The position numbers were made by a program, and so were the translations under genes. The notes beneath the pieces are model-generated. The model was not told where the DNA came from and did not search any database. It saw only the letters and a program-made list of their open reading frames with translations. A DNA stretch of 64,000 bases from Desulfobacterales bacterium. GTDB lineage: Bacteria; Desulfobacterota; Desulfobacteria; Desulfobacterales; UBA5616. The first letter of the stretch is position 1, and the number at the start of each line of letters is the position of its first letter. Where the stretch lies: contig JAWODC010000082.1 of NCBI GenBank assembly GCA_046483495.1, positions 20,482-84,481 on the forward strand. The letters run 5' to 3'. Positions 20,988 through 30,582 of the stretch are shown in pieces.

Positions 20988-23882
20988 ATGAGCTATAATG
21001 ATATGAATGAATCGATCCCTCTTTACAACAGCAGAATAACCAAGATTTATGTGGAATATCTCCAACAGTATTACCCGGATATCGATTTGAAGTCTGTTTT
21101 AGATTATGCCGGGATGTCCAAAGAAGAACTTGAAGACCAGGCGCATTGGTTTTCACAATCCCAGGTTGACCGGTTTCAGGAGGCGATAACTCAAAAAACC
21201 GGAAATCCGAATATCGCGAGAGAAGCCGGGCGCTATGGATTCTCTTCTGAAGCCTTAGGAATTGCAAAACACTATATGTTAGGGCTGCTGAGCCTGACAT
21301 CGCTTTACCTGCTTATCAGTAAAGTTTACTCCGTTTTCAGCAAGGCAGCAACGATAACCGGGAAAAAAATCAGTCGAAATAAAGTTGAAATCATATGTTC
21401 CCCCAAACCGGGAGTAAGGGAAAAACTCTATCAATGCCAAAACAGAATTGGAATGTTCGAGTCTGTTGCCAAGCTTTTCACTTCTGATTTTGCCGACATA
21501 AAACATACATCGTGCTTTCATCGTGGAGCCTCATATTGCCGGTATGAAATTACATGGAAAAAAAAGACGTTTATGTTGTGGAAAGCCATCAGAAACTATT
21601 CCTACTTATTGGTTTCGGCGATGCTGATAATATCTTTTCCACTTATAGCGATGAAAAATTGGGTGCTTTTATTCGGCATCGGCTGTTCAATCTCGCTCAT
21701 TTTTTCACTAATCCCGGAGATTCTTGAAAAACGGGAACTGACGAATGCTATCGAGCTCCAGGGTGAATTAGCGAAAAAAATCCTGGATGAAATGGAAATA
21801 CGACACAAGAATGCCCTTTTAATACAGGACATAGGACAAGCGATTTCGTCCATTTTGAATATAGACAAGCTCGTACAAGCCATTGCGAAAAGCATGAAAA
21901 ATTATATGGATTATGACCGAGGGCTGATCATGCTTACCAATAGTGACAATACATCTTTGTTGTTTAAAGCCGGATATGGTTATGATGAAGAAGATGAAGA
22001 ACTGCTGTCTAAAACAACCTTCAACCTCAAAAATCCATACTCCAAAGGCATTTTTGTTATTGCTTACAAGAAGAAAAAGCCGTTCCTGATAAACAGCATC
22101 GATGAAATTGAAAACGATCTTTCATATAAGAGCTTGAAATTCGCAAGAAAAATGCATGCCCAATCCATGATTTGCACGCCTATTGTATACGAAAAAGATT
22201 CACTTGGCATTCTTGCCGTTGATAATATCAGGACGAAGAGGCCTCTTACAAAAAGCGATTTAAACTTTCTAAATGGTGTGGCCTCTCAAATCGCCATCAG
22301 TATCAACAATGCCATATCATATCAAAAACTACAAGCGAGTGAATCGAAGTACCGGGATTTAGTTGAGAATGCGAATAGCATTATCATGCGGCGAGACATC
22401 GAGGGAAAAATAATATTTTTCAATGAATTTGCACAAAAACTTTTTGATTTCAATGAAAATGAAATCATCGGAAAAAATTTTAATGACTTATTCCAAAAAG
22501 ACCGTAAATCAGAAAAGGATAATTTTGGATCGATTATAGCTTTAATTCGGCAGAACCCAAATAAAACCATCATAAACGAAGAAAAGGCGATACTGAAAGG
22601 CGGAAGACAAATTTGGATTACATGGACATATAAGCCCATTTTTAATGCGGAAGGTGCGTTGTTTGAAATATTATGCATCGGAAATGATATAACCGAGCTC
22701 AAAAAAGCGGCAATAGAAAAAAAACAACTGGAAGCCAGCCTTGAAAGGGCCCGAAAAATGGAGGCATTAGGGACTCTTGCAGGTGGCGTTGCACACGATC
22801 TCAACAATATTTTATCAGGCATTGTCAGCTATCCGGAGTTGCTGTTAATGGATCTTCCGCCTGAAAGTAAGCTTCGAAGACCTTTGGAAACCATACAGAA
22901 GTCGGGAGAAAAAGCGGCCGCCATCGTTCAAGACCTATTAACGCTTGCCCGAAGAGGAATCGTAAATAGAAAAATCATCAATCTAAATGATCTCATTATC
23001 GATTATTTGAAGAGCCCTGAATTCGAACATTTAAAGATGCGCCACCCGCGTGTTTCGATTCTTCATGATCTTGATAAGAACTTACTGAACATCTCCGGAT
23101 CTCCCATTCATCTGACAAAAACCGTCATGAATTTAGTGACCAATGCGGTGGAATCGATCGAGAATACGGGAAGTGTCACCATTAAGACGATGAATAAATA
23201 TGTAAGTAAGGTTCTAACGACCTTCGATAAAGTAACTGAGGGAGATTACATAACCTTAACGATAATCGATAACGGCATTGGAATTTCGGAAGAGGACATT
23301 GAACGAATCTTCGAACCCTTTTATTCGAAAAAGAAAATGGGTAAAAGTGGAACAGGTCTTGGTATGGCGGTAGTCTGGGGAACCCTAAAAGACCACAATG
23401 GGTACATCGATGTAAAGAGCAAGGAAGGTTCAGGGACCACGTTTACCATATATTTTCCCGCTACACGAAAATCCGGCACGGAAGTGGAGCATCCTGTTTT
23501 AAAGGAAGATTTGAAGGGAAATGGTGAGTTGTTGTTAATAGTGGATGATGTTGAAGAACAAAGAGAAATTGCCGTTAAAATATCGGAGAGATTAAATTAC
23601 AGGCCTGTAGCGGTTTCAAGCGGTGAGGAAGGCATAGACTTTGTAAAAAAGAATTCCGTTGACCTTCTTATCCTCGATATGATTCTCGAGGGGGGTATGG
23701 ACGGCCTTGAAACCTTCAAGAAAATTTTGCAAATTAATCCCAATCAAAAAGCCATTATTGTCAGTGGATACAGTGAAACCGACCGTGTTAAAGAGGCTCA
23801 AGAGCTCGGTGCCGGCTCCTATCTAAAAAAACCATTCATTCTTGAAGATTTTGCAAAATCTGTAAAATTAAATTTGAAATAA
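20988..23882 (+). CDS. Hybrid sensor histidine kinase: N-terminal V4R-like sensor, 2 TM, GAF, PAS, HisKA, HATPase, receiver
   Basis: CQNRIG..HTSCFHRGASYCRYEITW (V4R-like); hydrophobic hairpin; GAF (ICTPIV..LGILAVDN); PAS; LAGGVAHDLNNIL; NLVTNA, DNGIGI, FEPFYS, GTGLGM; receiver LIVDD..ILDMIL..SGY..KPF. Confidence 0.93.
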   Translation: MSYNDMNESIPLYNSRITKIYVEYLQQYYPDIDLKSVLDYAGMSKEELEDQAHWFSQSQVDRFQEAITQKTGNPNIAREAGRYGFSSEALGIAKHYMLGLLSLTSLYLLISKVYSVFSKAATITGKKISRNKVEIICSPKPGVREKLYQCQNRIGMFESVAKLFTSDFADIKHTSCFHRGASYCRYEITWKKKTFMLWKAIRNYSYLLVSAMLIISFPLIAMKNWVLLFGIGCSISLIFSLIPEILEKRELTNAIELQGELAKKILDEMEIRHKNALLIQDIGQAISSILNIDKLVQAIAKSMKNYMDYDRGLIMLTNSDNTSLLFKAGYGYDEEDEELLSKTTFNLKNPYSKGIFVIAYKKKKPFLINSIDEIENDLSYKSLKFARKMHAQSMICTPIVYEKDSLGILAVDNIRTKRPLTKSDLNFLNGVASQIAISINNAISYQKLQASESKYRDLVENANSIIMRRDIEGKIIFFNEFAQKLFDFNENEIIGKNFNDLFQKDRKSEKDNFGSIIALIRQNPNKTIINEEKAILKGGRQIWITWTYKPIFNAEGALFEILCIGNDITELKKAAIEKKQLEASLERARKMEALGTLAGGVAHDLNNILSGIVSYPELLLMDLPPESKLRRPLETIQKSGEKAAAIVQDLLTLARRGIVNRKIINLNDLIIDYLKSPEFEHLKMRHPRVSILHDLDKNLLNISGSPIHLTKTVMNLVTNAVESIENTGSVTIKTMNKYVSKVLTTFDKVTEGDYITLTIIDNGIGISEEDIERIFEPFYSKKKMGKSGTGLGMAVVWGTLKDHNGYIDVKSKEGSGTTFTIYFPATRKSGTEVEHPVLKEDLKGNGELLLIVDDVEEQREIAVKISERLNYRPVAVSSGEEGIDFVKKNSVDLLILDMILEGGMDGLETFKKILQINPNQKAIIVSGYSETDRVKEAQELGAGSYLKKPFILEDFAKSVKLNLK

Positions 23883-23946
23883 AATCAGGATTATCATATA
23901 GCTCTCCAACAGAATGCAAAATTTTCCAACCCAATGGAACTATATT

Positions 23947-25326
23947 ATGCCACGACTTCTTTTAATCAATCCCTCAAATCGACATAAAGGCTTAGGCAAC
24001 ATTCAACCAACAGCATTTCCGCCTTTAAATTTGCCCTATTTGGCGGCTTTGACACCCCGTCACTATCAAATCGAAATTATCGATGAAAATATTGAGCCTT
24101 TCAGATTCAAGGAAGCTGATGTAGCAGCCATAACCTCCTACACAGCCACAGTAAACCGAGCATATCAAATCGCCGATAGTTACCGTAAAAAAAATATTCC
24201 TGTGATTATGGGTGGCATACATGTATCCATGATGCCTGAAGAGGCAATAAGGTATTGTGATGCGGTTGTTGTTGGTGAAGCGGAATCCATTTGGGCGAAA
24301 GTGCTTGAAGATGTTGAAAATCACCGCCTCCAAAAAATATATAACGGCAAACGATTGGATTTGAAAGATCTGCCCATCCCTGACCGAAGCATTCTAAAAA
24401 ATTCGTACTATAGGTGGGGGAGCATCCAAACATCCCGGGGATGTCCAATGAACTGCTCGTTCTGCTCTGTCAGCGTCTTCAATGGAAGATCTTTTCGCAG
24501 AAGGCCGCTGGACAGCGTTATTGAAGAACTTGAAGGAATACCCCAAAAATGGATTCTGATCTGTGATGATAATATCATAGGATATGGAAAAGAAGATCTG
24601 GAATGGGCCAGGCGGTTTTTTGAACGCGTAATAGAAAAAAAAATAAAAAAAATATTTTTTGCTCAGTCATCCATTCAAATAGGAGAAGATAAGGAATTCT
24701 TGAAACTTGCTTCGAGAGCGGGACTCAGGATCGTTTTTGTCGGGATGGAATCGATCGACAAGAAAACCCTTAGTGCTTACGGCAAAAATGTTAATTTGGT
24801 GCGATTACAAAATAACCAATACAAAAACCTGATCGCCAATATTCGAAAAGCCGGAATTCTTTTCCTCGGGGCTTTCGTGGTCGGAGGCGACGGTGAGGAT
24901 AAATCGGTATTCGATTCAACGCTGCAATTTATAAAATCTTCCGGTATTGACATACTTCAGGTTACCAAATTAACACCTTTGCCCGGAACGAAAATATGGG
25001 AAAAAATGCATCAGGAAAAAAGAATGCTGAATCTGGAATATCCCCAGGCGTGGGACGATTTCCGCTTTTCGAGAATCTTATACCAACCTGCAGACATGGA
25101 TATAGAAGATATATATGAAGGATATGCTTACCTGAAAAACAACTATTTCAGCCCTTTAGTGTCAGCAAAAAGAACCTTGTCTACACTAATGAATTTAAAG
25201 AGCCTTTCCTCGACAATAATAGCACACAAGATTAACAAATCGTATAAAAAGGCTTTTCGTGAGTCGGACAATTTTCATTATGCCCAACGACCGGACTTGA
25301 TCAAGAAATTTAGAATATCAGGATAA
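23947..25326 (+). CDS. B12-binding domain radical SAM protein
   Basis: PPLNLPYLAAL, VIMGGIHVS, VVGEAE, QTSRGCPMNCSFC (CxxxCxxC), DDNI, GMES, TPLPGT. Confidence 0.92.
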   Translation: MPRLLLINPSNRHKGLGNIQPTAFPPLNLPYLAALTPRHYQIEIIDENIEPFRFKEADVAAITSYTATVNRAYQIADSYRKKNIPVIMGGIHVSMMPEEAIRYCDAVVVGEAESIWAKVLEDVENHRLQKIYNGKRLDLKDLPIPDRSILKNSYYRWGSIQTSRGCPMNCSFCSVSVFNGRSFRRRPLDSVIEELEGIPQKWILICDDNIIGYGKEDLEWARRFFERVIEKKIKKIFFAQSSIQIGEDKEFLKLASRAGLRIVFVGMESIDKKTLSAYGKNVNLVRLQNNQYKNLIANIRKAGILFLGAFVVGGDGEDKSVFDSTLQFIKSSGIDILQVTKLTPLPGTKIWEKMHQEKRMLNLEYPQAWDDFRFSRILYQPADMDIEDIYEGYAYLKNNYFSPLVSAKRTLSTLMNLKSLSSTIIAHKINKSYKKAFRESDNFHYAQRPDLIKKFRISG

Positions 25327-25342
25327 TTTTTCCCCGGTTTTT

Positions 25343-25478
25343 CAATGCCGTCCAGGGATGGTTGATATACTCCATTTCTAATATGGCCGGCAATTTTTAA
25401 TCCCCATAATACTTAACGTATCCTGTGGTTAACATTTTTCGGTCGTCTTGAACTGAAGCGAATTTTTCTGATAACACT
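25343..25478. repeat. MITE/REP-like element, family A (copy 2, degenerate)
   Basis: Aligns by eye with the reverse complement of 6407-6545. Confidence 0.6.
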
Positions 25479-25497
25479 GTTTTAGAAAGCTTATGCA

Positions 25498-26310
25498 ATG
25501 AAATCGTTTGATTATTTAATGGACAGCAATAAAGAAACCTTGAGGTTGGACGTAAAAACCGATCCGGACACCGTGATAAAACAAGCAACCTGGGCAGGTT
25601 TAAAGAAGGGCATGAGGGTTGCCGATATGGGGTTTGGATCAGGCAAGACGAGTTACGCTTTGCATAAATTAACAGGCGCTGATGGGGAAGTGGTGGGGTT
25701 GGATTTCGCTGAGGATAGAATTTCTTTTGCAAGAAAACATTACAAAAAAGATGGCATTGATTTTTTGTGCAAGGATATCCGCAAGCCGATCGAAGATGTT
25801 GGGACGTTTGATTTTATATACGTACGTTTTGTTCTTGAATACTACCGATCGGAAAGCTTTGATATTGTAAAAAACATTTCCGATGTGCTCAGCCCGAATG
25901 GGATCCTGACTCTCATCGATCTGGATCATAACTGTCTGAACCATTACGGTCTTTCAAAAAAGCTGGAGATGACATTATTTGATATAATGGAAGTTCTGCA
26001 AAAAGAGGCTAATTTTGATCCGTATGCCGGCAGAAAGTTGTATCATTATCTTTGGGAACTTGGATATGAAGATATCGATGTCGACATGAAACCGCACCAT
26101 CTGATATTCGGGGAACTAAAGGATATCGATGCTTATAATTGGACAAAAAAAGCTCAAGTTGCAGTAAAAAAGGCGGGATATGATTTCCCACGATATTCAG
26201 GCAGTTTTGATGCTTTTTATGATGATTTCATGGCCTTCTTCAACCATCCGGGCAGGTTTACGTATACCCCGTTGCTGTGCTGTAGGGGGAGAAAACCTGA
26301 AAATGCTTAG
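25498..26310 (+). CDS. Class I SAM-dependent methyltransferase
   Basis: RVADMGFGSGKT, VVGLDF, FDFIYVRFVLEY, LSPNGILTLIDLD, DPYAGRKLY. Confidence 0.9.
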   Translation: MKSFDYLMDSNKETLRLDVKTDPDTVIKQATWAGLKKGMRVADMGFGSGKTSYALHKLTGADGEVVGLDFAEDRISFARKHYKKDGIDFLCKDIRKPIEDVGTFDFIYVRFVLEYYRSESFDIVKNISDVLSPNGILTLIDLDHNCLNHYGLSKKLEMTLFDIMEVLQKEANFDPYAGRKLYHYLWELGYEDIDVDMKPHHLIFGELKDIDAYNWTKKAQVAVKKAGYDFPRYSGSFDAFYDDFMAFFNHPGRFTYTPLLCCRGRKPENA

Positions 26311-26456
26311 AAGTGGTTTCAAAACCTCCCCTCAGGCCCAATATCGGCGTTGGGATGAATGATTCAATTCTCAAAATACCTTATGTATTCCTGTGCTTGA
26401 ATCCTTCCTCCCGCCTTGATCTTGGACCTGATTGAAGGTTTTGAAACCACTTCTAG
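26308..26456. mobile_element. MITE, family A (copy 3), with perfect 20-bp terminal inverted repeats
   Basis: TAGAAGTGGTTTCAAAACCT (26308-26327) is the exact reverse complement of AGGTTTTGAAACCACTTCTA (26436-26455). TAG occurs at both ends (possible target duplication). Core CGTTG..AATTCTCAAAATAC..GTATTCCTGTG..CGCCTTGA is shared with family A. No transposase. Confidence 0.75.
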
Positions 26457-26499
26457 AAGTATTTTCAATCTTCGATTTTCGATTGCCGGTTGGTTAAGC

Positions 26500-28548
26500 C
26501 TATTTCTCAACGGCATTCACCCTTCTAAAAAGACGATGGAGGTTTCGAAAATAAGAATCCGAGTAATTTACATTCAAAATCCACAGGTTGTAGATTTTTT
26601 CGTACTCCAAATTCCATGCAGAGGCGTAACCGGTTGGCAATAAAAGGACCGGAATGGTTTCTGTCTCATAGTAACGGGAAACCCCTGAAAGCAAGGATGC
26701 CAAAATATCCGGTGCAACCTCGCTTTCATCTAAAATAAACAAAGAGATGCAGTTGGCAAGTTCGGATAAATTCAGCCCCACATCGGATACATTGACCAGA
26801 ACAACAGCCTTGAGCACATTGTCCTTTCGTAATGCCAATACCCGCTTTTCCCGCTTAAATCCCAATTGCTCGTAGTCATCCGCTGTTTGATCTCTTTCCG
26901 CATTCATATGATCGAGTTCGAAGGCATGCAGCATCAGACCGTCCGATATATTTTGGTAGTACAAAGCCAGTTCTTCATAGTCCGACGGCCGGGTTTTTTC
27001 AAGGCGCCATTCAGGCTGAAAATCCGTTTGGTCATCGGCGGACTTCCGGTAGTGCAGGTATAGAAAAGAATCCAATGAGCAGGCCCTTTTATTGGCTATT
27101 TTTTCTGAAATGCCGCCAAAAACCCGGTTTGGGAATTTATTTTCCGGTCTGAAATAGCAGAACACATAATTCATGTTGATGGTGGAAATATTATTGGATT
27201 CGTTGATAAATCTGCCGATTTGATTAAGAACATCCAAGCCGGCTTTAATCGAAATTCTGCTGTTTGCGGCGTAATGGTGAATCATCCAGGACTTTGCATA
27301 CAGGCGTATAATGGCCATATGGCCTAATATTTCACCTTTTTCCTGATAGAGAAAGTGCCTGAACAATCGTTGAGACTTATTGTATACCTTCTCATAGATT
27401 TCTTTTATTGCTTCTTTTTTGGATGCAATGAAGGCATATTTCTCAGGATAGATAAATCCCGAGTCAAAGAAAAATCGCCACAGATCATTCATATAGACGG
27501 TGTTGCCCAAAAAATCGTTGGTATTTTTTGCCTGCCATAACAGCGCCAAAAGTTTCCCATGATCCTCGATACACATGTGCAGAATCGCGGCGCCGCATCT
27601 GACGGTGTCTCCCCCTTTTTCATCATTTATCATGTTTCGGTAAAGAATTTGAACCATGCAGATTAAGTTAAGCGAATCCGCAAAACTGATTTGAACTTCG
27701 GGTATAACCATTCCGGGCACCAGCACGGCTCCGTCGAATGCTTCCTCAAGTGAAAATCCGGAACCGGATATATCAATCACCTTCAAATTGGTATATTCAT
27801 GTGTGAATGGATGGGAAAATGACATGTATGGGGCCGGTACCAAACGCTGTCTTTCCGCTCGGTAATCTTTGGGCTTATAGCGGCGCACTTTCTGTTTTAC
27901 AGGCTTTAGTATGATGTCGCCGGTCTTCATATCCGACAAATGGTCGATGATTTTACAATTTCCGGCATAGAGCATATGTCGATTATCGGAGATGAGCAGC
28001 ATGACTTCCACTTCGGGGTCTACCCACAACAGAGACGCATAGTTCTTTTCAAAAATTTTGATGTGAAACGATACAGGGTTGAAATCCAGCAGTTTTCCTT
28101 CAAAACAGACGCTGTTTTGAATCAGCTTGATTTCTACTCCTGTACAGGTAAACCGCCTCATCCTCCTGGATTCGATTTCCAGACAGGTTTGGGGAAGCAG
28201 CACCCGAATACCCTTCTCATTCATATGAAAGTCCGGGGGTTTGACTACGATGACGTTTTTTTCGTTTATGATGCTGATCTTGTCGAACATGTACAATTTG
28301 AGGTCGCGTAATTTATCCAATTCATACGGCTGCCACAAGCATAAGAGTTCTTCACCAAAACAAGGCTGTGGGGATGCTTTGATCGAAATGCAATGGTCAT
28401 ACGCAAGATGCTTGAAGTCGATCAGAACGAAACCATCCAGGAAGTTGATGTAGTTCAACTTGTTTACGAGATATTTTTTCCGGATCTCTTTCCTGGAAAG
28501 AATAATCTCTTCTGAATAGTTCGTATCGTCGTTTTGTTCTTTCAGCAT
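26500..28548 (-). CDS. Tandem PilZ domain protein with C-terminal GNAT-like region
   Basis: RRMRR...LLDFNPVSF and YRAERQRL...VIDISGSGF (PilZ RxxxR / DxSxxG). The C-terminal FRHFLYQEKGEILGHMAIIRLYAKSWMIHHYAA..YVFCYFRPENKFP looks like an acyltransferase fold (inference). Confidence 0.7.
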   Translation of the reverse strand: MLKEQNDDTNYSEEIILSRKEIRKKYLVNKLNYINFLDGFVLIDFKHLAYDHCISIKASPQPCFGEELLCLWQPYELDKLRDLKLYMFDKISIINEKNVIVVKPPDFHMNEKGIRVLLPQTCLEIESRRMRRFTCTGVEIKLIQNSVCFEGKLLDFNPVSFHIKIFEKNYASLLWVDPEVEVMLLISDNRHMLYAGNCKIIDHLSDMKTGDIILKPVKQKVRRYKPKDYRAERQRLVPAPYMSFSHPFTHEYTNLKVIDISGSGFSLEEAFDGAVLVPGMVIPEVQISFADSLNLICMVQILYRNMINDEKGGDTVRCGAAILHMCIEDHGKLLALLWQAKNTNDFLGNTVYMNDLWRFFFDSGFIYPEKYAFIASKKEAIKEIYEKVYNKSQRLFRHFLYQEKGEILGHMAIIRLYAKSWMIHHYAANSRISIKAGLDVLNQIGRFINESNNISTINMNYVFCYFRPENKFPNRVFGGISEKIANKRACSLDSFLYLHYRKSADDQTDFQPEWRLEKTRPSDYEELALYYQNISDGLMLHAFELDHMNAERDQTADDYEQLGFKREKRVLALRKDNVLKAVVLVNVSDVGLNLSELANCISLFILDESEVAPDILASLLSGVSRYYETETIPVLLLPTGYASAWNLEYEKIYNLWILNVNYSDSYFRNLHRLFRRVNAVEK

Positions 28549-28691
28549 GCCGGATGCTTTTTATGGATGGAATTACATATCTCGAGGGGTTTTGTGAAGC
28601 GGTTTCGAACCCCTGTACAAGTAACACGTCATCGCGCCCGGTAACTGCCATTCGACCGAGTGAAGCCGCTTCAGTCGCAAGACGGTTGTGA

Positions 28692-28720
28692 TTTGTAGCA
28701 AAATAAACGTGGAGTGTCAA
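28692..28720 (-). promoter_or_regulatory. Putative sigma70 promoter for the PilZ gene
   Basis: Minus strand TTGACA (28720-28715), 17 bp, TACAAA (28697-28692), preceded by TGn (extended -10). Confidence 0.55.
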
Positions 28721-28741
28721 GATATGCTGCGATTTTGAGCA

Positions 28742-28756
28742 TTTAAACAGTATAAT
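28742..28756. promoter_or_regulatory. Degenerate copy of the TTTAAAC-N-GTTTAAA palindrome
   Basis: TTTAAACAGTATAAT, 2 mismatches to consensus, about 22 bp upstream of the PilZ-gene -35 box. Confidence 0.45.
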
Positions 28757-28772
28757 TTATAGGGTGCCGCCC

Positions 28773-30404
28773 CTAACCGGCGTAATCCATAATTTGAGTG
28801 ATCGGCAGCGTGGCAATATCGATAAACTTGCCATATTCATGATCATCTTTTTCCAGAAAATCGATTATTCGAGAAAAGGTGTTTTGGGTAAAAACGGTTT
28901 GCCCGCGAACGTTTCGGTTTACACCGAATTGAAGGCATTCGACCTGGCTTGCATCGAGTTTTCCAATGACGGATTTGGTCGTCCATATCTGCCCGTTTCG
29001 GGCGAAATCAGACAACCTCCCTGCGTAATTGATTGAATCGCCCAACGCGGTAAATTCGATGGTCGGGGCGGAACGTATCGTACCGAAAAACTCATGGCCT
29101 TCATTGATGCCGATATTCAGATACATATCCTCGAACCAGTTTTTTTTGATTTTCCATCGGCTGCTGAATTCCTTCATCCGCTTTCTTAATTCAAGTGCGC
29201 AGTGGATCGCATTCATCAGGTAATCGTTGCCCGGCTTTTTGACGAAATAATACAGCATGCCGTCACCGGCATGCTTTCCGTATATGCCGTTGAATTCATC
29301 GAAACATCCGGCTAAGGATTCCCATAAGCCGTTGATGAGGCTGAAATACTCACCGGGAAGAAGTTCGGCGCTGATTTTTACCGAGTCCTGCAGGTCGGCG
29401 ACAAGCACACATAAGGAGACCAGTGACGGCATCCGGTGCTTTAAAAGATCCTTGATGACGATTTCGCGTTTCGACAAATACGCCATGAGGTCGTGGCCGA
29501 CTTCCTCTGCCGGTGCGTAAACGAAAAGTGTCCCCTCCCGAAAAACCGTCCGGTATACCTTGAAATAATCGACACTGCCGTCCTGTTTAAACAGTTGAAG
29601 GGGTGCGCAGTCAATGGGCTCCGGCTGCTGTTTTCTGCTCGAATCCGCATCGTAGATGTCTTTCAGGCAATCGGCTTCCGCCTCCGATATCCCCGAATAA
29701 AGGTCGGACAACGTTTCCCTCGAAAAGGCTAAACCGTCGATCGGCATATGGTGGGAAACGATATCTTTCCAGTTGGCGACCCTGGATTGAAACTCGAACC
29801 CGAAAAACAGTTTGAATATGTTTCGTGATTCGATATCCGTGATGTCGGTGATGCGCCTGTTGAATATCAGCTTTTCCGCCTCCGGGTTGATCCATTCCAC
29901 CTCGAAATTGTGGTTGACCAGATAGGCAGGGATCTTCAGATCGCTGATGGTGAGGGTAAAATCGCGCCTGTCGACGGAAATCGCAGCATCCCTTATTTCC
30001 GGTTTATCGGGTTTCAAAGGAATTCTTTCCGGCATTTCCGTTTGTTTCAGGGGCATGCTTTCGGGCGCCACGTCATCGGGCTCTATATGCCCGGCGGCTT
30101 CTACATCACTTTCCCGATCGGGGAACATGTGAACGACCCGCGAGTCTTTGCCGAATTGTCGGGCGATTCTCTCCATGGGCTCACCCTCCTGTTTTAACCG
30201 TTTCACAAGGTCTATCCGCCAAATGACACTTTCGGGAAAGTACCCGATATGCTTGGTGCCCTGCAGGTCTTCACCGGCTTTTCTGACATCCGGTTTGGGC
30301 AAAATTCCCATTTTGATATAATTATTCAGTGTCGCGCGGGAAATGCCCGTCTTTTTAAGAACCTCTTTGCTGGTGATCATGTTTTGCGTTTTGGAATCGT
30401 CCAT
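28773..30404 (-). CDS. Class III adenylate cyclase with N-terminal AlpA/MerR-like HTH and central PAS-like domain
   Basis: MITSKEVLKKTGISRATLNNYIKMGILPKP (HTH); PAYLVNHNFEVEWINPEAE (PAS-like); VLVADLQDS, GKHAGDGML, IGINEG, EFTALGDSINYAGRL (cyclase catalytic motifs). Start uncertain (30443, 30410, 30404 or 30380). Confidence 0.87.
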   Translation of the reverse strand: MDDSKTQNMITSKEVLKKTGISRATLNNYIKMGILPKPDVRKAGEDLQGTKHIGYFPESVIWRIDLVKRLKQEGEPMERIARQFGKDSRVVHMFPDRESDVEAAGHIEPDDVAPESMPLKQTEMPERIPLKPDKPEIRDAAISVDRRDFTLTISDLKIPAYLVNHNFEVEWINPEAEKLIFNRRITDITDIESRNIFKLFFGFEFQSRVANWKDIVSHHMPIDGLAFSRETLSDLYSGISEAEADCLKDIYDADSSRKQQPEPIDCAPLQLFKQDGSVDYFKVYRTVFREGTLFVYAPAEEVGHDLMAYLSKREIVIKDLLKHRMPSLVSLCVLVADLQDSVKISAELLPGEYFSLINGLWESLAGCFDEFNGIYGKHAGDGMLYYFVKKPGNDYLMNAIHCALELRKRMKEFSSRWKIKKNWFEDMYLNIGINEGHEFFGTIRSAPTIEFTALGDSINYAGRLSDFARNGQIWTTKSVIGKLDASQVECLQFGVNRNVRGQTVFTQNTFSRIIDFLEKDDHEYGKFIDIATLPITQIMDYAG

Positions 30405-30469
30405 AATCATCTCTTTGCGTGTATGGTGGTTTAACCGGCGCAAAAATCAGAAGAATCGCTCCTGCACTC

Positions 30470-30486
30470 ATTTAAACAGTTTAAAT
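30470..30486. promoter_or_regulatory. Perfect palindromic operator-like site ATTTAAAC-A-GTTTAAAT
   Basis: Lies just downstream of a minus-strand TTGACA (30497-30492), covering the spacer/-10 region of the cyclase promoter. Confidence 0.65.
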
Positions 30487-30582
30487 ACTAATGTCAAGAT
30501 GTTTTTTACAACTGTATAAATATTATGATATCTTTAAATTATCAATAAACCAACCAGAACATACGAAGGATACCGGACTTTA

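Noticed and set aside
28549..28700. Possible c-di-GMP riboswitch in the PilZ-gene leader
   Set aside because: I could not match the GEMM-I or c-di-GMP-II consensus by eye; an Rfam scan would settle it.
29586..29600. TTTAAACAGTTGAAG, a near match to the operator palindrome
   Set aside because: Inside the cyclase coding sequence with 2 mismatches; likely chance.
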